Shown here piece after piece: positions 57,201-64,000 of a stretch of 64,000 nucleotides of DNA. The stretch spans positions 736,001 to 800,000 of the forward strand of contig CAXXFF010000001.1 of assembly GCA_963676835.2 (NCBI GenBank), written 5' to 3'. The notes under the pieces are model-generated. The model made no database searches, was not told the origin of the DNA, and saw nothing but the letters and a program-made list of their open reading frames with translations. The number at the start of each line of letters is the position of its first letter. Position 1 is the first letter of the stretch. The DNA is from Marispirochaeta sp. GTDB lineage: Bacteria; Spirochaetota; Spirochaetia; JC444; Marispirochaetaceae. A program made the position numbers and the translations under genes.

Positions 57201-57365
57201 ATGGGGCAGCCCGGTGGCAAAGGGAGGGCCGTCGTAGAAGGTATAATGCTCGCAGTCGCAGCGGTTTTCGATGGATTTCTTGAATATGTTCTCTTTCTGC
57301 CAGAATTCGAGGATAGCCTCCTCCATTTTGGGAAAGTCAACTTTCGGATCCACAGGGGTATACAC
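54246..57365 (-). CDS. ileS: Isoleucine-tRNA ligase (type 2, long C-terminus)
   Basis: DGPPFATGLPHFGH, GWDCHGLP, WTTTPWTLP, EGLDQTRGWF, KMSKS; SD AAGGAG before the GTG start. Confidence 0.98.
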   Translation of the reverse strand: MYTPVDPKVDFPKMEEAILEFWQKENIFKKSIENRCDCEHYTFYDGPPFATGLPHFGHFVPGTIKDIIPRYHTMKGKRVERRFGWDCHGLPVEYEMEKELGISGKKEIEDFGIAKFNESCRSIVLRYTKEWENVMTRAGRWVDFENDYKTMEPDYMESIWWVIKQLWEKELLYEGHYILPYCPRCSTVLSNHELNLGGYQDVTDPAITVRFKVKGEENSYLVAWTTTPWTLPSNLALTLGPDIDYVKVADGEDTYIMAAERLSAYYKNEEDYKILWTKKGTELAGIEYEPLFPYFADIESKDAFKTYLADFVTTEDGTGIVHTAPGFGEDDYNVLKGTDVPTICPVDGECKFTPEVADYTGLFVKETDKAIIARLREEGKLVKRDNYLHSYPHCWRCSSPLIYRAISSWFVDIGKIKDKMLNANSQINWVPDHLKDGRFGKWLEGARDWAISRNRYWGNPIPVWKCEECDESLCIGSREELEEKSGRKVDDLHKHFVDDITIPCSCGKDMKRVPEVLDCWFESGSMPYAQNHYPFENKEFFETHFPANFISEGLDQTRGWFYTLTILAAALFDKPAFENVVVNGLVLATDGKKMSKSLRNYSDPMEVMNQFGADALRLFLMNSAVVRAEDLRFSDEGVRDVLKGVILPVWNAYSFFVTYANIDGVSPEGAPENPENPLDQWILSETEKMVAHVSGQLDKYDLQRAIQPIVEFVDQLNNWYIRRSRRRFWKSENDGDKLQAYGTLYSVLMKLVHVAAPIVPFITEEIYRNLRLPSMPDSVHLGDYPVADESKRDSDLELKMKVTQAAVSMGRAIRAMHSLKTRQPLKAIHLVTREDNERRVLIEMEDIIREELNVKEVIFRENEEDLVEYSAKANFKVLGKSLGKMMKSAAAKIEELSMKEIQSLLEGATLSMDIEGTPIEITEESIIVQRTEKMGLKVLNEGSLTVALDPEMTEELEREGLIRDVVRGVQNLRKESGLNVTDRIHLTVYGDDKVKASVDDFRDYLTEETLSESLEWGEAAGGTSIDCGETSCTIALKKA

Positions 57366-57454
57366 AGCGCATCGCTCCTTAAAGTACGTACAGACGTGAA
57401 ATTACCGGACACACAGGCTCTAACTTCTATAATGCCGGACGTCAAAGTCGCAAC

Positions 57455-57484
57455 ATTCTAGAAAGAATAGAGGGATACTGTCAA
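57455..57484 (-). promoter_or_regulatory. Sigma70 promoter for ileS
   Basis: TTGACA-N18-TAGAAT. Confidence 0.65.
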
Positions 57485-57582
57485 GTGACGGGAAAGAGAG
57501 AGGAAAGGCGGATCCCCCGGATTGGCAATGGCAGTAAAGCGGTATTTTTTTACCGATTAATCACCATTTCCACTTGTCTATA

Positions 57583-57612
57583 TATATAAATAAATATATA
57601 TTTATTTATATA
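57583..57612. promoter_or_regulatory. Perfect 30-bp AT-only palindrome (operator) overlapping the promoter TTGTCT-N17-TATATT
   Basis: TATATAAATAAATATATATTTATTTATATA equals its own reverse complement; lies 25 nt upstream of the start at 57638. Confidence 0.75.
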
Positions 57613-57637
57613 CCATTTTTCACAGCGGGAGAGAAAG

Positions 57638-60103
57638 ATGAAATACCTGATTATCGGCGGCGTCGCAGGAGGCGCTACCACTGCTGCACGACTGAGAAGA
57701 ATCGACGAAGATTCTGAAATCATTCTGTTTGAACGGGGCGGATATATATCCTATGCAAACTGCGGACTCCCCTACTACATCGGCGGAACCATTGCCGAGA
57801 GGGAAGACCTTTTTGTTCAGACCCCGGAATCCTTCAATGCACGTTTCAAGGTTGACGTACGGGTCAACCAGGAAGTGATCACCATTAACCGGGAAGAGAA
57901 GACCGTCGAAATCAGAGACCTGGTAAAAGGCGGCACCTATACGGAAAACTACGATAAACTCGTACTTTCCCCCGGGGCAGAACCGGTAAAACCGCCCATT
58001 CCCGGCATTGATTCTGAAGGAATTTTCACTCTCCGCAGCGTCCCCGATACAGATAAGATTCATGATTATATAGACAGGGTAAAACCCAACCGGGCAGTCA
58101 TCGTAGGGGCAGGATTTATCGGCCTCGAAATGGCGGAGAACCTCCACAAGCGCGGCATCTTTGTAACCATTGTAGAGATGGCCGACCAGGTTATGAGCAT
58201 TCTGGACTATGAAATGGCTGCGGAAGTTCATCAGCACCTTAAGCAGAAGAATGTTGAGTTCTACCTGCAGGATGCAGTGACGGCCTTCAAAAAAGGGCCC
58301 AAGCAGCGGATGACCGTGGAGCTGCGTTCCGGTAAGAAACTGGACACCGACATGGTCATACTTTCAATCGGCGTTAAACCGGATATAACCCTGGCGGTAA
58401 AGGCAAATCTTGAAATAGGCGAATTCGGAGGAATCAAGGTTGATGAGCACCTGCGGACTTCGGACCACGACATTTACTCCCTGGGCGATGCCATAGAATT
58501 CCCCCATTTTATCTCCAAACAGCCCATGAAGATTCCCCTGGCAGGTCCCGCCAATAAACAGGGACGGATTGTTGCGGACAACATGGTTTTCGGCGACAAG
58601 AAGATTTTCAAGGGAACCATCGGCACCGGAATTGCCAAGGTGTTTGATATTACCGTTGCCTCCACAGGCCTTTCGGAGAAACAGCTTCAGCGGGCACAAA
58701 TGCCCTATAAATCCCTGATTATCCACTCAGGATCCCATGCGGGTTACTATCCAGGCGCAATCCCCATGACCATCAAGGTTCTCTTTGATCCCGAAAACGG
58801 ACTGGTTCTGGGAGGACAGGCTGTAGGCTATAACGGCGTAGACAAGAGAATTGATATTATCGCCTCAATAATCGGAATGGCCGGTACCGTGGACGATCTT
58901 GCCGAAGTGGAACATGCCTACGCACCGCCCTTCTCCTCCGCCAAAGACCCGGTTAATATTGCCGGAATGGTTGCGGGAAACATTATCGCCGGCACCACCG
59001 AGCATGTATCCTGGACGGAAGTGTTCAACGCGGACAAAAAAGAGGATCTCTTTGTAATAGATATCCGCACCGAAGAAGAACATGCCCTGGGCACTATTGA
59101 CGGCGCAAAAAACATTCCCCTGGATGATCTTCGCCGCAGGATCAATGAAGTGCCGAAAGACAAGAAGATTATCATCTTCTGCGGAGTCGGGCTGCGGGCA
59201 TATGTTGGTGAACGGATTCTGCGGCAGCACGGCTACAGTAACGTGGCCAACCTCTCGGGAGGATACAAAACATACTCCATATCTGCCCAGAAGCAGAGCA
59301 ACGAAGACATCTTCTCCGGTGATTTTATCGGCAAAGACGAGGTTATCTACCAGGCCGATCCCAAACGGCGTCCGGATATTCAGATTAAAAAGGTGGATGC
59401 CTCAGGCCTGCAGTGCCCCGGCCCCATTATGAAACTGAAAACCGAGATGGAGAAAATAGAACCCGGCGACCACCTGATCCAGATTGCCACCGACCCCGGC
59501 TTCGGCAGGGATGTTGAATCCTGGTGTAATATGACCGGAAACCATCTGGTATCGGTCAATATGGAAGGCGGAATGGTTACCGCGGAGATTGAGAAAGCAT
59601 CTCCCCGCAAGAATCCTGTTCCCATGCATCAGGGAAGCGGTACCACCATGGTGGTATTCTCCGATGACATGGACAAGGCCCTGGCAACATTTGTAATAGC
59701 CAACGGTGCAGCGGCCTCCGGTCAGGATGTAACTCTCTTCTTTACCTTCTGGGGCCTCAACGTTATCAAGGCAGCAAAAAAACCTGCAGTCAGAAAAGAC
59801 TTTATGGGCAGGATGTTCGGCATGATGATGCCCAAATCAAGCCTCAAGCTTGCCTTGAGCAAGATGAATATGGGCGGAATGGGAACAAAAATGATGCGGG
59901 CCCGAATGAAGGCCAAGGGAGTAGATTCCCTGGAGAGCATGATTGAACAGGCAAAAGAGGCGGGAGTACGCTTTGTAGCCTGCCAGATGTCCATGGATAT
60001 CATGGGTGTTGCCCGGGAAGAACTGATGGACGGCATTGAAATCGGCGGAGTTGCAAGCTTCCTTGAGAGTGCGGGCAAGTCCAACTCAAGCCTGTTTATC
60101 TGA
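57638..60103 (+). CDS. CoA-disulfide/persulfide reductase fused to rhodanese, TusA/SirA and DsrE2 domains
   Basis: GGVAGG, SYANCGLPY redox Cys, GAGFIGLE, YAPPFSSAKDPVN, rhodanese FCGVGLR, TusA GLQCPGP, DsrE2 FFTFWG...ACQMSMD. Confidence 0.93.
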   Translation: MKYLIIGGVAGGATTAARLRRIDEDSEIILFERGGYISYANCGLPYYIGGTIAEREDLFVQTPESFNARFKVDVRVNQEVITINREEKTVEIRDLVKGGTYTENYDKLVLSPGAEPVKPPIPGIDSEGIFTLRSVPDTDKIHDYIDRVKPNRAVIVGAGFIGLEMAENLHKRGIFVTIVEMADQVMSILDYEMAAEVHQHLKQKNVEFYLQDAVTAFKKGPKQRMTVELRSGKKLDTDMVILSIGVKPDITLAVKANLEIGEFGGIKVDEHLRTSDHDIYSLGDAIEFPHFISKQPMKIPLAGPANKQGRIVADNMVFGDKKIFKGTIGTGIAKVFDITVASTGLSEKQLQRAQMPYKSLIIHSGSHAGYYPGAIPMTIKVLFDPENGLVLGGQAVGYNGVDKRIDIIASIIGMAGTVDDLAEVEHAYAPPFSSAKDPVNIAGMVAGNIIAGTTEHVSWTEVFNADKKEDLFVIDIRTEEEHALGTIDGAKNIPLDDLRRRINEVPKDKKIIIFCGVGLRAYVGERILRQHGYSNVANLSGGYKTYSISAQKQSNEDIFSGDFIGKDEVIYQADPKRRPDIQIKKVDASGLQCPGPIMKLKTEMEKIEPGDHLIQIATDPGFGRDVESWCNMTGNHLVSVNMEGGMVTAEIEKASPRKNPVPMHQGSGTTMVVFSDDMDKALATFVIANGAAASGQDVTLFFTFWGLNVIKAAKKPAVRKDFMGRMFGMMMPKSSLKLALSKMNMGGMGTKMMRARMKAKGVDSLESMIEQAKEAGVRFVACQMSMDIMGVAREELMDGIEIGGVASFLESAGKSNSSLFI

Positions 60104-60128
60104 GACAGCAATCAACTTCTAAAATAAC

Positions 60129-60170
60129 AAGGGCTGGTCAGGTTTACAAAACCGGATCAGCCCTTTTCTT
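60129..60170. terminator. Bidirectional terminator between the reductase gene and valS
   Basis: AAGGGCTGGTC...GATCAGCCCTT stem followed by TTCTT, between convergent genes. Confidence 0.75.
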
Positions 60171-60217
60171 GTAGATTACTATAATGATAGTAAAGCCAAA
60201 TAACAGTCAAACAGTGT

Positions 60218-62872
60218 CTATTTCAGCTCCTCGATGTACCGGGAGAGCTTGGTGCTCCGTTCCTGAAACTCAGCCAGTTTGTCTTTCTCCTTGGCAATAA
60301 CCTCTTCGGGAGCATTGGAAATAAACTTGTCGTTGGAAAGCTTGCCTTCGGTGGATTTAATCAGCTTCATCAGCTTGCCGATCTCTTTCTCCATCTTGGC
60401 AACCTCCGCATCGACATCTATGGCATCACGGATAAAAACATAGGATTCGTATCCGGAGCCGGCCACGGGCATTCCCCCCTCCTGGGCAGGTGCAGCTTCG
60501 CTGATGGTCAGTTCCGCAGCGTTTATAAGGCTTGATGCCAGGGTCAGATGGGCCTTGAAGAATTCCGCAGAGGCAAATCCCGGATCAAGCTTGATGTGAA
60601 CATTGATCTTCTTCTCAGGCGGAATGGTAAACTCACTGCGCAGTGTTCTGACTCCCCGGATCATATCCTGAAGCAGACCGAAATGCTTTACCGCATCATC
60701 TGCCCGACGCTCTTTGGTGTATTCAGGGTACTCCGCAAGGATTACCGCACCTTCGCTGTTGGGAAGCTTCTGGTAAATCTCCTCGGTTACAAAGGAGACA
60801 AAGGGATGAAGCAGCCGTAACGACTCTTCGAGAATTCCTGCGAGCAGACTTGCAGCCCGGTCCCGTTCCGATGTGTCCTCGGCATACAGGGACAGCTTGG
60901 AAGCTTCAATATACCAGTCGCAGAAGTCGTTCCAGAAAAATTCATAGGCTGCCTGGGCTGCTTCATTAAAGCGGTAGCCCTTCATGGCCCGGTCAACACC
61001 GGCGGCAGCTTCGTTGAGCTGATGAAGAATCCAGCGGTCAATATCCTTGAGCTCACAGTCCGCTATGGGCTTTATGGTTCTGCCTTCCATATTCATCAGC
61101 AGATAGCGGGCGGCATTCCAGATTTTATTGGCAAACTTGCTTCCCAGCTTGAAGCTGTCCATATCGATAAGAATATCCTGCCCCTGGGAGGCAAGGAACA
61201 CCAGGGTGAAGCGCATGGCATCCGCACCGTAGGTATTTACCACTTCCAGAGGATCGATCCCGTTCCCCAGAGACTTGGACATCTTTCTGCCCTGCTTATC
61301 CCGGACCAGACCGGTTATGTAGATATCCCGGAAGGGAATCTTCTCCATAAACTCAAGACCCGCCATAATCATCCTGGAAACCCAGAAAAAGATAATGTCA
61401 TAGCCGGTAACAAGGGCAGTTGTAGGATAGAACTTATCAAGATCCGGGGTCTTCTCCGGCCAGCCCAGGGTACTGAAGGGCCAGAGCCAGGAGGAAAACC
61501 AGGTATCCAGCACGTCTTCATCCTGACGGACTTTTGCTGATCCGCATTTACTGCAGGAAGTGGGATCCTCTCTCAGGACCATCATCTCGCCGCACTCTTC
61601 GCAGTACCAGACCGGAATCCGGTGGCCCCACCAGAGCTGCCGGCTTATGCACCAGTCCCGTATCCCTTCAAGCCAGTTACGGTAGGTGTTCTCCCATTTT
61701 TTGGGAAAAAAGATGATCTCATTTTTACGCCAGGCATCAAGGGCCTTGTCCGCCATGGAGCGCATCTTTACAAACCACTGCTCCGACAGATACGGCTCAA
61801 TTACTGTATCACAGCGGTAACAGTGACCTACCTGATGGGTATGGTCCTTGGCATCCGCAACTACCCCGAGGGCATCCAGGGCCGCAAGAACCTTCTTTCT
61901 GCCCTCTTTCACCGACAGGCCCCGGAACTCTTCGGGAACATTATCATTGAGAGTGGCATCATCGTTGAGAATGTTGATAATTTCCAGACTATGCCGTTTG
62001 CCGATTTCCCAGTCGTTGGGATCGTGGGCGGGGGTGATCTTTACTGCTCCGGAACCGAACTCCCGGTCTACATAGGTATCGGCAATAATCGGTATCAGCC
62101 GGTCCGCCAGGGGCAGCTTCACGTTCTTACCGATAAGGCCGGCATAGCGCTCATCTTCGGGGTGAACTGCAACGGCGGTATCTCCTAACATGGTCTCAGG
62201 CCGGGTTGTGGCAACCTGAATAAAGCCTGATCCATCCTCCAGGGGGTAGTTGAACCAGGTAAGCCTTCCGTTTGACTCCTGGTGTTCCACTTCATCATCG
62301 GCCAGGGCGGTCCCGCAGCTTGGGCACCAGTTAACCAGGTAGTTGCCCTTGTAGACCAGCCCGCGCTCGTAAAGGGTTACGAATACCTCCCGAACGGCCT
62401 GCGACAGACCTTCATCCAGGGTAAAGCGCTCCCTGCTCCAGTCGCAGGAGGCACCGATCTTTTTCAGCTGTTTGGTAATGATACTGTGGTGCTCTTCTTT
62501 TACCTTCCAGGTTTCTTCAACAAACTTCTCCCGTCCAAGCTCATGCCGTCCGGTACCCCGGGCCTTAAGCCGACGCTCAACGACGTTCTGGGTGGCAATT
62601 CCCGCATGGTCGGTTCCGGGGACCCAGAGGGTGGGAACTCCCTTCATACGGTAGAAGCGGATAAGCATATCCTGGAGGGTATTATTAAGCCCGTGCCCCA
62701 TATGCAGGACACCGGTCACATTCGGCGGGGGTATGACAATAACAAAGGGGTCCTCTCCATCATGGCGCACACCGGTTTCGGGAGAGAATGCCTTCATCTC
62801 CTCCCACATGGCATAGATGCGGTCCTCAAAATCTTTGGGATTATAGGCTTTCGGCAGTGTTTCTGCGGCCAT
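60218..62872 (-). CDS. valS: Valine-tRNA ligase
   Basis: PPPNVTGVLHMGH, DHAGIATQ, DWCISRQLWWGH, KMSKS, C-terminal coiled coil. Start MAAETL after AAGGAG. Confidence 0.98.
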   Translation of the reverse strand: MAAETLPKAYNPKDFEDRIYAMWEEMKAFSPETGVRHDGEDPFVIVIPPPNVTGVLHMGHGLNNTLQDMLIRFYRMKGVPTLWVPGTDHAGIATQNVVERRLKARGTGRHELGREKFVEETWKVKEEHHSIITKQLKKIGASCDWSRERFTLDEGLSQAVREVFVTLYERGLVYKGNYLVNWCPSCGTALADDEVEHQESNGRLTWFNYPLEDGSGFIQVATTRPETMLGDTAVAVHPEDERYAGLIGKNVKLPLADRLIPIIADTYVDREFGSGAVKITPAHDPNDWEIGKRHSLEIINILNDDATLNDNVPEEFRGLSVKEGRKKVLAALDALGVVADAKDHTHQVGHCYRCDTVIEPYLSEQWFVKMRSMADKALDAWRKNEIIFFPKKWENTYRNWLEGIRDWCISRQLWWGHRIPVWYCEECGEMMVLREDPTSCSKCGSAKVRQDEDVLDTWFSSWLWPFSTLGWPEKTPDLDKFYPTTALVTGYDIIFFWVSRMIMAGLEFMEKIPFRDIYITGLVRDKQGRKMSKSLGNGIDPLEVVNTYGADAMRFTLVFLASQGQDILIDMDSFKLGSKFANKIWNAARYLLMNMEGRTIKPIADCELKDIDRWILHQLNEAAAGVDRAMKGYRFNEAAQAAYEFFWNDFCDWYIEASKLSLYAEDTSERDRAASLLAGILEESLRLLHPFVSFVTEEIYQKLPNSEGAVILAEYPEYTKERRADDAVKHFGLLQDMIRGVRTLRSEFTIPPEKKINVHIKLDPGFASAEFFKAHLTLASSLINAAELTISEAAPAQEGGMPVAGSGYESYVFIRDAIDVDAEVAKMEKEIGKLMKLIKSTEGKLSNDKFISNAPEEVIAKEKDKLAEFQERSTKLSRYIEELK

Positions 62873-63007
62873 TGAACGCTCCTTTGCGATAAACGAATGA
62901 GGCATATACTACCAAAATAGATGCCCCAGCTTCAACACATGAGGACGTAAACAAACAGGGAGGTGACTGGCGTAAAGTCTGCGTTCCGTTATAGAATCCC
63001 AGGACAG

Positions 63008-63748
63008 ATGACTAAATCAATTCTTCGATCAATTCTGAGATGTCTTCTCCTGACTCTTCTCTTTTATACTATTCCGGTTCAGGGTCTTGCGGCCCAGGAA
63101 GCGGCAGGATCAGAAGAGACCGGAATAAGCGAAGCAACCGAAACTGAAAGAAAAGAACTTGCTGCTGCGCTGAGGGATACCACCTCCCTGACGGCGGCTC
63201 AACTCAATGCCACCTTCGGAACCGTGCCCCGGCACCGCTTTATATCCGGCCCGTCCCAGGCCATGGCATACCTGGATACACCGGTGCCCCTGGGAAAGGG
63301 AGCACTGCTGCCGGCGCCGTCAGAACTTGCCGCAATGATTGCACCCGCAGGGGACCTTAGCGGAAAAAAAGTGCTGGTTGCAGGCCCGGATTCGGGCTAT
63401 CTGGCCGCCCTGGTATCACGGCTGGCGGAAGAAGTTACACAAATTGAATTTACCACGGACAATGCTTCAACCTATGCGTCGCTTTACCAGGATCTCGGAT
63501 ATGACAACATCACCATAGAGAGCGGAAAAGGGCGGCTTACAGAAAACAGTACCCAGCGCTACGATGCCCTGCTCCTTGCCTACAGTACAGACACGGTGGA
63601 ACTCTCCCTCTTTTCCCGGCTCAATTCAACCGCGGGAATACTGGTCAGTGTTTTAAGTTATAAGGGCGGTGAACAGCTTCTGACAGAATACAGGCGGGTG
63701 CGTAACGGGGTGTCCGTAAAGGTTCTCGATCAGGTTTTCTTTCCCTGA
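63008..63748 (+). CDS. Protein-L-isoaspartate O-methyltransferase-like protein with a signal peptide
   Basis: VPRHRF, AYLDTPVPLG, KVLVAGPDSGYLAAL, LGYDNI, YDALL; N-terminal signal peptide ending near GLAA. Confidence 0.75.
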   Translation: MTKSILRSILRCLLLTLLFYTIPVQGLAAQEAAGSEETGISEATETERKELAAALRDTTSLTAAQLNATFGTVPRHRFISGPSQAMAYLDTPVPLGKGALLPAPSELAAMIAPAGDLSGKKVLVAGPDSGYLAALVSRLAEEVTQIEFTTDNASTYASLYQDLGYDNITIESGKGRLTENSTQRYDALLLAYSTDTVELSLFSRLNSTAGILVSVLSYKGGEQLLTEYRRVRNGVSVKVLDQVFFP

Positions 63749-63802
63749 TCCGGGGCTGTGTGCAGTGTGAGAGGAAAAATAACTTTTACTTGAGATTCTT
63801 CT

Positions 63803-64000
63803 CTACTTGAGATTCATTGAGCCCTGGCGGCGGGCCTTTTCTATCTTTTCCATTTTACGGAAATACTTTGTCTGCTTTTCTATCTCTTCTATATCACTTA
63901 CATGAATACGGTTATCGACGATCTTAACCTTTGAGTTTTCAAAAAGCTTACGCATTATGAGGTTAATCTCATCCTTGGGAAGCCCGACCATGTTCCCCAG
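63803..64000 (-). CDS. 3' end of a probable Crp/Fnr-family regulator (partial)
   Basis: Frame open to the window end; LGNMVGLPKDEINLIMRKL...KIVDNRIHVSDIEEI resembles a Crp-type winged helix-turn-helix. Confidence 0.55.
   Translation of the reverse strand: MGNMVGLPKDEINLIMRKLFENSKVKIVDNRIHVSDIEEIEKQTKYFRKMEKIEKARRQGSMNLK

Noticed and set aside
56067..57461. 464-aa plus-strand ORF and many similar 60-290 aa ORFs opposite known genes
   Set aside because: Antisense to well-supported genes such as ileS, valS, hisF, rnfE and GH57; no recognisable motifs.
57579..57612. TA microsatellite interpretation of the AT-only tract
   Set aside because: It is an exact 30-bp palindrome with TAAA/TTTA arms rather than a simple (TA)n run, so it is kept as an operator candidate.
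62873..62960. T-box leader upstream of valS (also sought for ileS and hisS)
   Set aside because: Leaders are too short and lack the T-box consensus.
62963..62975. GTGACTGGCG, resembling the 5' box of a second ZTP riboswitch
   Set aside because: The downstream P2/GGGxAG and CGCCTGGG elements are absent, there is no room before the start codon, and the gene is unrelated to one-carbon metabolism.
1..64000. tRNA, rRNA, prophage, integrase or transposase genes
   Set aside because: Intergenic gaps are short, and none shows a cloverleaf, rRNA signature or mobile-element ORF by eye.

Overview
This is a gene-dense core-chromosome segment from a free-living anaerobic spirochaete (Spirochaetaceae-like). 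The assignment is inferred from the long-type GlyA, type-2 IleRS, spirochaete-size HrpA, the rnfCDGEAB block flanked by GH57 and PAP2 genes, and mcsA-mcsB-clpC without ctsR. About 50 CDS are present, mostly housekeeping: ilvD, glyA, rnz, clpC, lol ABC genes, ftsY, prfB, rnf, pcnB, hisS, hrpA, aroB, cysteine desulfurase-thiI, hisFH, ileS and valS. I see no rRNA, tRNA, CRISPR array, prophage or transposase. Non-obvious elements read from the sequence are: a variant ZMP/ZTP riboswitch before glyA-ilvD; a ~150-bp palindromic MITE-like element and a smaller related inverted repeat; the RF2 +1 frameshift; an orphan Cas2-like gene heading the prfB-ftsY-lol gene string; a 902-aa hyper-acidic, PopZ-like protein in an operon with two Maf-type genes behind sigma28-like promoters; a perfect 30-bp palindrome before a CoA-persulfide reductase fusion that may link it to a BigR-like ArsR regulator; several candidate leaderless transcripts; and multiple apparently degenerate enzymes (McsB, GH57, DUF1570 peptidase, PIMT, GGDEF, GH20). 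All family calls come from motif recognition by eye, not from database searches.
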